A DNA stretch of 64,000 bases from Eledone cirrhosa (lineage: Eukaryota): positions 35,836,001-35,900,000 of the forward strand of contig OZ024742.1 of NCBI GenBank assembly GCA_964016885.1, given 5' to 3'. Both the position numbers and the translations under genes were made by a program. Of the stretch, positions 52,886 through 64,000 are shown piece after piece (within the stretch, counting starts at the first letter, position 1; every line of letters begins with the position of its first letter). The notes below the pieces were generated by a model. That model had not been told where the DNA came from. It worked only from the letters and a program-made list of their open reading frames with translations, and did no database searches.

Positions 52886-52960
<75 letters not shown>

Positions 52961-52965
<5 letters not shown>

Positions 52966-53194
52966 AGGAGGTGACGGACCCAGCATATTTATCAATGCCA
53001 GGACCGGTTGTATCTCAGCGTACTCAATAGGCAATGTAGGATACATTCAATACAATACATGTAAAACGTGTGCCTATAATAGTTCCCGGACTCGAGTTTC
53101 GGCCACACAAAAATCAGCTCTAACATTTAAGGAGCAATATACTATATAATATCTTATATAGTATATTGCTCCTTAAATGTTAGAGCTGATTTTT
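52961..53194 (-). mobile_element. PLE pLTR fragment: 41-bp-arm hairpin, 3' half of a hammerhead, and tail
   Basis: Perfect hairpin at 53109-53194; minus strand continues GGCC-GAAAC-TCGA-GTC-CGGGA; tail ends at (TA)n. Confidence 0.6.
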
Positions 53195-53781
53195 AATCCC
53201 GCATATATGGCTGTTATTTCTAGCACCGTTAATGCGGGACGGCTAGTTTGGTCTGGCTATACACGTGTGGTCAGACTTGCAAAGTTTTTTGATGTGAAAT
53301 GTACTAATTTCTACTGGATTCCTGTTGATATGCACAGAAGATTTGGATATTTCACTTTTTATTTCAATTCCATTTCGATTCTCTTTATTTTTTAAATTCA
53401 CATACCACCATTGCGAAACGGATTTAGGTTTCGAGGTTCAAATTCGTCTACAGAACAGGTTTGGATTTTGAAATTTAAATCTGTCCAGGAATCATGGCAG
53501 TTGCCAATATAAGATTGTCTTTATTGACTTATATCGAGACAGACAAATTGTATTCACTTTAATTAGTTTATTTCATTAATAGCTGACTGTCTGTTGCAAT
53601 GCAAACACGTTTTGTGTTTATCATATATTTTAATGTATTTAACTGCTCGGAAATGACCCTTTCCTGGAGCTTAATTATTGTAAAGGACTGAGAGCTTATT
53701 CTCAAGATATTATGTAGTATATATATGTATATATATATATGTTTATATATATATATTTATATGTATGTGTGTGTGTGCTGT

Positions 53782-53863
<82 letters not shown>

Positions 53864-56463
53864 CTGTATTTGTTTCCGTTTTTGTTTCAGCGTCTATGTC
53901 CCTTAACAGCATTTGACAAAAGGAAATCGATAAGGTAAACACCAAGCTTGAAAAGTAAAATTAAAACTAGGGTCGATATGATTGACTAGATCCCTTTATG
54001 ACTGTGCCCTAGCATAACCACTGTCCAATGGCTGAAACCAGCAAAACAATAAAAGACAGCCGCAAATTAATGTAGAACGAGACCAGAAATGCCGAGTAAG
54101 GAAAATGGTAAAACTTAAATAACGAAAATAATATTTATGTTACTACTACTAGCTATTTAATTTCTTAAAAGTTCTTCCAACCTGTCTGGACTAAACTCTC
54201 AGGAGTTTTCATATCAAGAATTGAATGTTTATAGATATTGCAAATTTACAGTATATTTGGATTACTATGAGTTATTTTAGCGGAACTAGGGCTGGGCCAA
54301 CAGTGTCAAATTCTCGATGAAAGTAATACAGGCTTTAAAAATCAGAAACATCAAAAATAGCAAAAACTGTTTTATTATTAAAAGTTTATTAATACACTTC
54401 GTATCGATGTGGTGCATCTATTGATCAAGTTACTAAACTCTTGCTTTATGTTTGCGGAGTAATATTGTGTAACCTAATCAGCGTGATTTAGTGGTTAAGC
54501 TGTTCGACTAACGATCGTGTGGTCATGAGTTTGATTGCCATTGACGAGTTGTATCCTTGAGCAAGACACTCTAATGACAAGTTGTACTGTCTCAAACACG
54601 GTGTCACACTGAATCTCCATGTAAAATACGTAAAGGGCACACGTAACTCTAGAATGCTAATTTCACAAGCTGGCTATTCCATGGACTCGTCATTGGAACT
54701 GATACGGGATCGAACAACAAAAATAACGTGCAGGCGGTCGACTGGCAAATCGTTAGAGCGTCGGATAGATTGGGTTGTGATATTTTTCTCTAAACCCGGA
54801 GATCGACGTTTGGATTCTACTGAGGTCTACTTTGGCTTTCATCTTCCCGAAGTCAATAAAGAAAATACGAGCCCAGTGCTGGTACCACCCTCCTCTTCTT
54901 TTAGCTGTCATATCTTGGATCTTCCTTGGATCAAGGCCTGGAAAATACAGAAGATGTCCGTGTCTGTTAGTGACTTCATGGATACATTAAACGATTACCG
55001 ATATCATAGTATAAGTTGATATCAAGTCATCCTCGACTAGGAATAACGTCCGCAGTTAATTATGGCATATCAGTGTTGTTGGTTAACCTCAGGTCTGCAA
55101 TGATAGAGCAGACCTATGATCAAATACATTCTTAGCTATGTCGCATGTTATTCAGACATAATGTATCTAGGACTGTATTATTCAGGGTAACCTTCTCTAT
55201 TTTCTAGATTGGACTACTGTTTCTAGGTGAAGCGACCACATAGAGGCTACATTGACGAGCTGACAAACTTCTATGTTTCGTATGTATTATGAAATAAGCA
55301 TGTCATGAGGTGTAATCATTAAAATTTAACATTTTAGCTAAATGAGAACAGTACATGGTGTAATATGAACAGTGGAGGGGGTAATTTGAAATCAAGTTCC
55401 GACTTTGTACCCTCGAGGGGAATATAAAAGCGATTTCAAATTACACGGGGAGTAACTTAAAATAAAGGATAAATTGAAGTCTTTACATGGGCAGCGCAGT
55501 AAGTAGTGTTCCATTCACGTAATAAATTCTAACTACAGGAGGTATTCGTTCACTGTGGTGGATCGTCTGGATTTTATATGTCTGATTATGTCATTATTTA
55601 TTTCTATAAAGAATAATAATGGCTGACCGCAGACAAAATTCTCGGAATTTAATTGAATAACCAACAGTTCAGTTAATTAAGTATGGTATGATAATCAAAA
55701 GGCAGCAAATTGATAATGTTATCAGGGAGTTGGATAGAGTGCTTTGAGATATTCATTCCGAATCTCTGTTAGTGTCTCGGACAGATTCCAGTGCGGGATT
55801 GGTTCTCTGGGCTCTGAACTTCCAGTAATTCTTTCGGTGTGCGATAAAATGATAAAATTAAGTACTAATGAAGTACTAAGATAAAGTATTCAGCCCCCCC
55901 CCCGCTCTCCCTCTCTCTGCCCCCCCCCCCCTTCTCTTTCTTCCCCCTCTCTATCTCGCTCTCCCAACCTATTTACTCTCTGTGATCAAACCTGGGACGT
56001 AAATAGGCCACCAAGCATTTAAAATGCCCAAGAATCGCCGTATGTCACGGTGGCACCCATGCGTCTCTGTCACAAATTGAGAGATTAATGATGAATGATA
56101 ATATGCAAATGAGTTTAGATATATTTTTCAATCCTGCTAATAACAGACATAGCTCAGAAACTTCTTAACTAAATCCAAATTTTACTTTCATCCTACCGGT
56201 AACTTACAGTAAAAACTTCTCCTTGGACGGGATGCCAATCCAACGTTCTCACTAGTACCAGCAGTGAGGAATCATCGTTTTCATGGGAAATATCTTCATA
56301 GATAATTAAAATTGATTGTGATGTGTGTTGCAAAAAATTCGTAACATTTTTAGGAAATAAACCTAGATTTAAAAACAGAGACAGGTCTTATAATAGCAAG
56401 CTACTTGGTTATATATATATTTTATGCACACACACACACACACACATAGGAGAAGAGTGAAGA

Positions 56464-56590
56464 AGCCGTCGGGGTCCTGACTATTTTCTTATTACCCACT
56501 CTACTACCCTAAGTATTGAGTACTCTTGTGCGTTATGGTCCACCTGGTATCTTACCACACCCTCTTTGTTTAAATATATATTGTCTTCGT
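56464..56590 (+). mobile_element. 3' tail fragment of the 47961-49475 / 22991-23178 PLE family
   Basis: GCCGTCGGGGTCCTGAC...CCCTAAGTATTGAGTACTC...CTTACCACA. Confidence 0.75.
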
Positions 56591-56608
56591 TCTGCTTTGA
56601 ATATATAT

Positions 56609-56696
<88 letters not shown>

Positions 56697-57217
56697 AATA
56701 GGACGAAGACAACGAAAGAAAAAATAACGGAAAAACGGACAGTCCCATGTCCCCTGTCAAACTTTGGAAATCATTACAGTTTCAATGCTTTAAGGTGTAT
56801 ACTGTTTAAGGTGTATACTGTATACAGGACAAGCTATGCCTTTCGATGGATTACACAAATAAAGAGGAAAAGGTATCCAAAGTGCATCAATTGAAAAAGT
56901 AGGGAAAGAACGGTCGTGCGGGATTAACCAACGGAGAAAGAAATATAGAAAGGAGAGAAAGGGAAAAAAAGGGAAAAGAATAATATCTCTCTCTCTCTTC
57001 TATTTTCCTTCCCTCCACTGTTTTCCCAATAAATTACCCAGTTATTGAACGCTCTGTGGTAGATATCTTGTCTTTAAAGCGTTGAAATATCCGAGACCCC
57101 AAGTAGACAACTGAAGAACCCCCCCCCCCCTCGTTCTTGCTTTCTTCTTATTCTCATTCCATTTTAAACTAACTTAACTATCAACTACGCAGCCAATCTT
57201 ATTCTCCATATATATAT

Positions 57218-58644
57218 ATGGAAAAAATGAAACGAAATTTTATTTCCCACTCTTATTACGGCTGTTACTTAAATATAAGTATGTATACGTACATACATAT
57301 ATGTATACAGACGTACAATAGTATGTATATATATACATACATGCACACACATATATATGTACGTATGGATTTACCGAACATTTATTATAATGCTCGGTTT
57401 GTTTGTAAACAAACATCCCGAATTAAGCCGTACAGTGTTTAGTCACCATCGTTGCCCTTTTGTTCAACACTGACAAAGGAACGATGTACTAGTTTCAAGC
57501 TTATTAGCTATCGTCAGCACCGTATACCTTCCTGCCAGATGATTGAACGTTGAACGTCTGAAAGTATATTTAGCAGTTATTGGTTATAGATGTTATCGCC
57601 ACTTTAGCAGGGTGGTAGAATCAGTGGTCGTTAGTTGCCAGTGTGGTAAGTGATAGTATCCTCGTTGGATTATCTTGTTGACATAGACGTGAGGGAAGGT
57701 CCCTCGATCTATTTACCATCTATTTACAATATTCCTTTCTTCAGGTCGCCAATTTCAGCAGCATGGATTAAAGATGTTATTGAGACACGAGTAACATAAC
57801 AACGACTTCAACCGCAGTAATTAGAGATGAAATGTTTGTTTATTTATATGGTTGAAGTTACAGATACAAAGAGGTTACAAAATGGAATGTGCCATTGCGC
57901 CGTTAAGCCGGCGAGGCTAGTGGTGCAATATCTCACTGTTACATTATGCGTGTTGCTGGCTCGAAGTTTCTGGTACAAGAGCGAGATTCTTCAAATCTTC
58001 GCGGTGAATTTCTTCCTCAGGACGCGTAGGGATACATCCTCTTCTACTGGCGCTGATTGGCTGAACTGAGCCAAATCACGCACAGAGAATGTATGTGAGC
58101 CCGCGGAATGTAGGTCACTACATATATACTTTCTTTATGCATATTAACGGCTGAGCAGCCTAATTTGCATATCGAGTGAATTAATCGGCCGGGCGCACCG
58201 AAAACGATAAATGGAAAAAATGAAACTAAGAGTGAGAAATGAAATTTCGTTTCATTTTTTCCGTTTATCGTTTTCGGTGCGCCCGGCCGATTAATTCACT
58301 CGATATGCAAATTAGGCTGCTCAGCCGTTAATATGCATAAGGAAAGTATATACTTTCAGACGTTCAATCATCTGGCAGGAAGGTATACGGTGCTGACGAT
58401 AGCTAATAAGCTTGAAACTAGTTCATCGTTCCTTTGTCAGTGTTGAACAAAAGGGCAACGATGGTGACTAAACACTGTACGGCTTAATTCGGGATGTTTG
58501 TTTACAAACAAACCGAGCATTATAATAAATGTTCGGTAAATCCATACGTACATATATATATATATATGTGTGCATGTATGTATATATATACATACTATTG
58601 TACGTCTGTATACATATATGTATGTACGTATACATACTTATATT

Positions 58645-58645
<1 letters not shown>
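57218..58645. mobile_element. PLE-derived nested inverted-repeat insertion
   Basis: ~57272-57569 is the reverse complement of ~58348-58645; inner hairpin ~58123-58352; HHR in each outer arm; TA flanks. Confidence 0.8.
57482..57522 (-). ncRNA. Minimal hammerhead ribozyme (GUA site); inverted copy at 58388-58428 has GUU
   Basis: CGGTG-CTGACGA-TAGCT-AATA-AGCTT-GAAAC-TA-GTA-CATCG. Confidence 0.78.
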
Positions 58646-58728
<83 letters not shown>

Positions 58729-58836
58729 AGTGGAAGTTTAGTAAAATCGAAGTTTTAGCTGTGGCCAAGCTAACGATATACAATCAGGAATGTGTAGCAA
58801 AGCACTTGATACGGTTGTGTCACCTTAGAGAAATAA

Positions 58837-59022
58837 CTGTTTCTACTTTAGGCACAAGGCCAGCAATTAACCAGTGCATTACTGGTACTTTATTTTATCG
58901 ACCCTGTAAGGGTGAAAGGCAAAGTCAACCTCGGCGGGATTTGAACTCAGATCGTAAAGGGACGTAACTATGCTGGAAAGCATGGCGTCCGACCCTCGAC
59001 CGATACTGCCAATCCACCGCCC
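58837..59022 (-). mobile_element. Full-length tRNA-derived SINE
   Basis: Same family as 8094-8466; flanked by a CCTTAGAG(A/T)AATAAC near-duplication. Confidence 0.82.
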
Positions 59023-59540
59023 TTAGAGTAATAACATACGTTAGACAGCTTGACAAATTGAAAACTGCGGCAGGTAAGCCGAGCCACATAATACCAAATC
59101 AACGAAAAAATCAATCAGGTTAGATAACTGACCTGGACCAAATCGAACGATATTATGCAATACGTCCGATAGGTTTCTATGAAATCCTAAATCAACAATC
59201 CTACTTGCGCAATATGCAGGTTTGTGGTATTCGATGATCGAACTGTAGACTCACGTTATCAACAGGTTTCCGTTCTGTACCTCAAACCGGAGAGACGTGT
59301 AGCAGCAAACTGCTACCAATGGCAGCAGTCAATGTTTCACTATCACGTGTTTTTTCCAACAAGGGAAGTAACCCCCGGTTTTTGGCGGGCAAATTGAAAG
59401 TGTGAACAAAGGAATCAATTTCGTTCCACAGTCCCAAAAAGAAGCTCTCAACTAGACATTATTAAACAAACATAAATAATTAACCAATCAATAGAATTGT
59501 CTAATTAAATTAATTAATTAATTGATTAATTATTAGATCT

Positions 59541-59633
<93 letters not shown>

Positions 59634-59815
59634 AGTATTGCAAGCGTATTGCAATTGCTTGTCAGATTATAGTGTTTGGTGCACTTTTAGGCTACTGCCA
59701 CCCACACGAACCTGTAACATATCGTAAACAACCAATGCCTGGCGTTGCACTCAACCAATCCCACTCTCTGAGCATCGAAAACACTACCCGAAAAGGAGAA
59801 CTGGTCAACATCATC

Positions 59816-59866
<51 letters not shown>

Positions 59867-60190
59867 GCTATTTTTTCTCTCTCTGCTCAATGGCCTTCGT
59901 TTGTGTTGGTACTATTCTCTCAGCTCTCATATATTCACCTAGCTTATGCTAAACGAATAATTTTTGAAGCTTGTTTCTCCCCTAAGGTATGCTAATTTTT
60001 CTGTTGTTCTCCTGTCTCACTCGCTTTACGCGTTTTAATTGTCCTAATAACTCATTTTGGTTATTATTGCACCGAAGTGAGATATATGATTTTTAATGCA
60101 ATGAAATATCTATGATCTTCGGCAAATCACTGATGAGGGACTTATTTTATTACATGTTACCATGTGCGACCTGCAGTATTTTTCTCTATA

Positions 60191-60281
<91 letters not shown>

Positions 60282-61319
60282 GTAGATACGTTACATTACG
60301 TATAGTCTCACACTCTTAATATGGCGAGTATGGCGAGGGATAAGATGGAATCAACCGAGACTATCCTCGAAATGTCAAGGCCACAACTCCCTTTAGGGTT
60401 GTTCAGGTGATAAAGTATACAAGGGAGAGAACTGACATAGCCCGAGTTGGTCCAAATATTTTGGAACAATTCAAGACAATACCGTGGGAGGAGTGAAGAG
60501 TATTTATAAGCCTATATATAGAGCACAATATTTACATGTAATGTAGAAACCTACATATAAAGTGACATAACTACACATAGAGTAGAATAGCTACATATAG
60601 AGTACAACACCTACTTCCGGGTCCCAAATAATAGTGGTGGTGCAATAAGCGGAGAGATTGGACATTTGGGAGAGATTGGACATTTGTTTGAAATCTTATA
60701 AGGATGGGGGGGGGGGTAGACGTGGAGGGAGTCGATAATTGTATATTGAACGTTTGTAAATATGAGATTTCTTGTAATGTTCGTTTTTTGTCATATCTAA
60801 CGATTTTTAATGTAAAATAAAATTATTAGATTCTCCAGCTGCTGTATCAATATGAATCACTTACAATAACATTTCGCCTTTAATAAGCGGGAGGAGGGGT
60901 GGTAGAATAAAAGCGGGATGGGGGGGGGGGGGGTCAGAAAAATTTGATTAATTGACAAGCGGAAGGGGAGGAGCGATTATTCAGGAACTGAGTGTACATA
61001 TAATGTAAAATAACTACGTATAGATTAGCATGTCTACATATAGAATAGAATATCTACATATAGAGTAGAAGACGTATTTATAGAGTAGCAAATCTACATA
61101 TAACGTCGCATATCTACCAGACCTGTCAACTCTCCCCATCCAACGAGATCTCTCTCCCACTTTGGGGTGGGTGAAAGATATCTTCTCTTGTGAAAATGGC
61201 TATAGCTTTTATTATGTAAAATGTCCCCATTTTGCCTCATTTCTCCCCGTTTTCGGGTACATTCTTTCATGGTACTCCCCATTTGGGTTTTTAGAGGTTG
61301 GCAGATCTCTACCTACGTA

Positions 61320-61897
61320 TAGAATAGCATACCTACATATAGAGTAAAATGTCTATATAGAGTAACATACCTACATATAGAGTAAAATGCCTATATAGAG
61401 TAGCATACCTACATATAGAGTAAAATGTCTATATAGAGTAACATACCTACATATAGAGTAAAATGCCTATATAGAGTAGCATACCTACATATAGAGTAAA
61501 ATGCCTATATAGAGTAGCATACCTACATATAGAGTAAAATGCCTATATAGAATAGCATACCTACATATAGAGTAAAATGTCTATATAGAGTAGCATACCT
61601 ACATATAGAGTAAAATGCCTATATAGAGTAGCATACCTACATATAGAGTAAAATGCCTATATAGAGTAGCATACCTACATATAGAGTAAAATGCCTATAT
61701 AGAATAGCATACCTACATATAGAGTAAAATGTCTATATAGAGTAGCATACCTACATATAGAGTAAAATGCCTATATAGAGTAGCATACCTACATATAGAG
61801 TAAAATGCCTATATAGAGTAGCATACCTACATATAGAGTAAAATGCCTATATAGAGTAGCATACCTACATATAGAGTAAAATGTCTATACATAGAGT
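61320..61897. repeat. 38-bp minisatellite (~15 copies) built from 20+18-bp subunits
   Basis: GAGTAGCATACCTACATATA-GAGTAAAATGCCTATATA; decayed 20-bp monomers at 60530-60615 and 60990-61100. Confidence 0.93.
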
Positions 61898-62413
61898 ATA
61901 TTTCCTCTAAAGTGCAGAATACCTGCGTATAAAATCTGTGTCTGTGTATATATATGTATGCATGTGTGCGTATAAACCTAATGTAAAATTTATAGGTTTA
62001 CAAATGTCCTCCTCTCACTCAAGAAGTGTCTTAAAGTAATTGGAGATTGTATCAGATGGGAACCTGAAAATAAAACAAGAGGGTGTGGTTACCAGGTGGA
62101 ACAGAGTTAGCAAGGCCGAGTGGGGCGGATAGTGGCTTGGTAGTTACCGGGTAGTAGCCAACTAATGGCCGGGTAGGGGTAATGTTTGACAGGACCCCGA
62201 TGCGAATCTTCATCTAAATAAATATAGTTTTTAATAGCATTTCGCTCATCTGTAATGACGTGATACCCACTGTTCAACACACACGCATGCGCACAGACAT
62301 ACATAGAGAGGCCCATACAAAATACAGTAAAGCACACGCAGGCATATATTTCGGGTGTATACAGGGTATATGTTTACACAAATACCCACACATGCACATA
62401 GATTTCTTCATGA

Positions 62414-62515
<102 letters not shown>

Positions 62516-62539
62516 ATATATATACGTATATATACATAC

Positions 62540-62595
<56 letters not shown>

Positions 62596-62603
62596 GTATA
62601 TAC

Positions 62604-62655
<52 letters not shown>

Positions 62656-62721
62656 GTATGCATATATATATATATACGTATATATATATATATATATATA
62701 CGTATACACATATATATATAT

Positions 62722-62776
<55 letters not shown>

Positions 62777-62789
62777 CATATATATATAC

Positions 62790-62871
<82 letters not shown>

Positions 62872-62873
<2 letters not shown>

Positions 62874-63962
62874 TGGCTGCCAACTCGTTTTCGAGTACGG
62901 CCACTACTTTATATCCATGTAGGAGAACCCTTACCGATGCGCTGAACGAGTGTGACATTTTAGTCCAGCCTGCGACATGAAAACTCTGGTACAAACACTA
63001 CACTTGTGACAATTATTGACACATAGTGCTGGGCCCATGGTACCATGTGACGACAAGTGCAGAGAGATCTCCAGATATAAAGCAATGCCTGTGCAGTGAA
63101 GCTTTTATAGTGAGCAAAGGCACTGCACAAAGCCAGTCCCACTCTCTTAACCAAGATGATATTTACCAAAAAGAAGAACAAGTCAACATCATTGGATACC
63201 ATCAGGGTTGCAGGTGTTATATCAGAGTTTTCCTTCTCCTACAATTCTGCCTTGACAAAGGCTAAGGGGTCATCTCGTACACACATATATATGAGAGTAT
63301 TGAAGTTTGCTTGAAGCATTGTGGAATAATAGGTAAATATCTTTAAGTCGTTTGGAAGCCTCGACAATGCAAATGGGTAAATCTCCGGGTAACAAGATCC
63401 GGTGGTGGAGAGAGAGAAGTAAGTGGGTGTACGTTGAGATGCGTGGTGTGTATAAGACGTGTAGAGGAATGAAGGAAAGAGTATAAAGGATAAAATAATA
63501 TATATATATATGTATATATATATATATGTATGTATATATATATATGTATAGATGACCCCTTAGAGATGACCCCTTAGCCTTTGTCAAGGCAGAATTCTAG
63601 GAGAAGGAAAACTCTGATATAACACCTGCAACCCTGATGGTATCCAATGATGTTGACTTGTTCTTCTTTTTGGTAAATATCATCTTGGTTAAGAGAGTGG
63701 GACTGGCTTTGTGCAGTGCCTTTGCTCACTATAAAAGCTTCACGGCACAGGCATTGCTTTCTATCTGGAGATCTCTCTGCACTTGTCATCACATGGTACC
63801 ATGGGCCCAGCACTATGTGTCAATAATTGTCACAAGTGTAGAGTTTGTACCAGAGTTTTCAAGTCGCTGGCGGAACTAAAAAGTCACACTCGTTCAGCGC
63901 ATCAGTAGGGGTTCTACATGGATATAAAGTAGTGGCCGTACTCGAAAACGAGTTGGCAGCCA

Positions 63963-63964
<2 letters not shown>
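62872..63964. repeat. Inverted repeat (~400-bp arms) of RTE-like 5' sequence, flanked by (TA)n
   Basis: 62872-63276 is the reverse complement of 63563-63964; contains TAGCCTTTGTCAAGGCAG..TCTAGGAGAAGGAAAACTCTGA. Confidence 0.8.

Positions 63965-64000
<36 letters not shown>

Larger units (their letters stand above)
49512..52888 (-). mobile_element. Near-full-length Penelope-like element (Neptune-like), flanked by (TA)n
   Basis: RT plus GIY-YIG ORF, followed by a 3' pLTR containing a hammerhead. Confidence 0.9.

Noticed and set aside
58163-58312. Octamer ATTTGCAT/ATGCAAAT as an snRNA-type promoter element
   Set aside because: No snRNA gene or proximal element seen; the second copy is simply the palindrome's mirror
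60130-60180. CTGATGAG as another hammerhead
   Set aside because: No matching stem II-GAAA or stem I partner downstream

Overview
AT-rich, microsatellite-dense animal genomic DNA with no recognisable host protein-coding gene. The SINE families and (TA)n density suggest a cephalopod such as Octopus; this is an inference. Main content: (1) A complete but mutated Ty3/Gypsy LTR retrotransposon (374-4590, minus strand, GTACG target-site duplication). Its primer-binding site is complementary to the first 12 nt of tRNA-Phe instead of a tRNA 3' CCA end. (2) An initiator tRNA-Met gene cluster: 12 full-length copies plus many decayed ones, eight of them in consecutive ~1.35-1.4 kb tandem units, with the cluster bracketed by inverted duplications. 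(3) A 6.7 kb homogeneous 47-bp satellite and a 38-bp minisatellite. (4) Several Penelope-like element (PLE) insertions in (TA)n tracts, mostly as large fold-back inverted repeats carrying minimal hammerhead ribozymes (HHRs). These include U3-A8 covariant cores, very long stem II, and arm pairs that differ exactly at the cleavage nucleotide. (5) Remnants of mariner, CRE-like and RTE-like elements and tRNA-derived SINEs. All alignments and folds were done by eye; boundaries of degenerate features are approximate.
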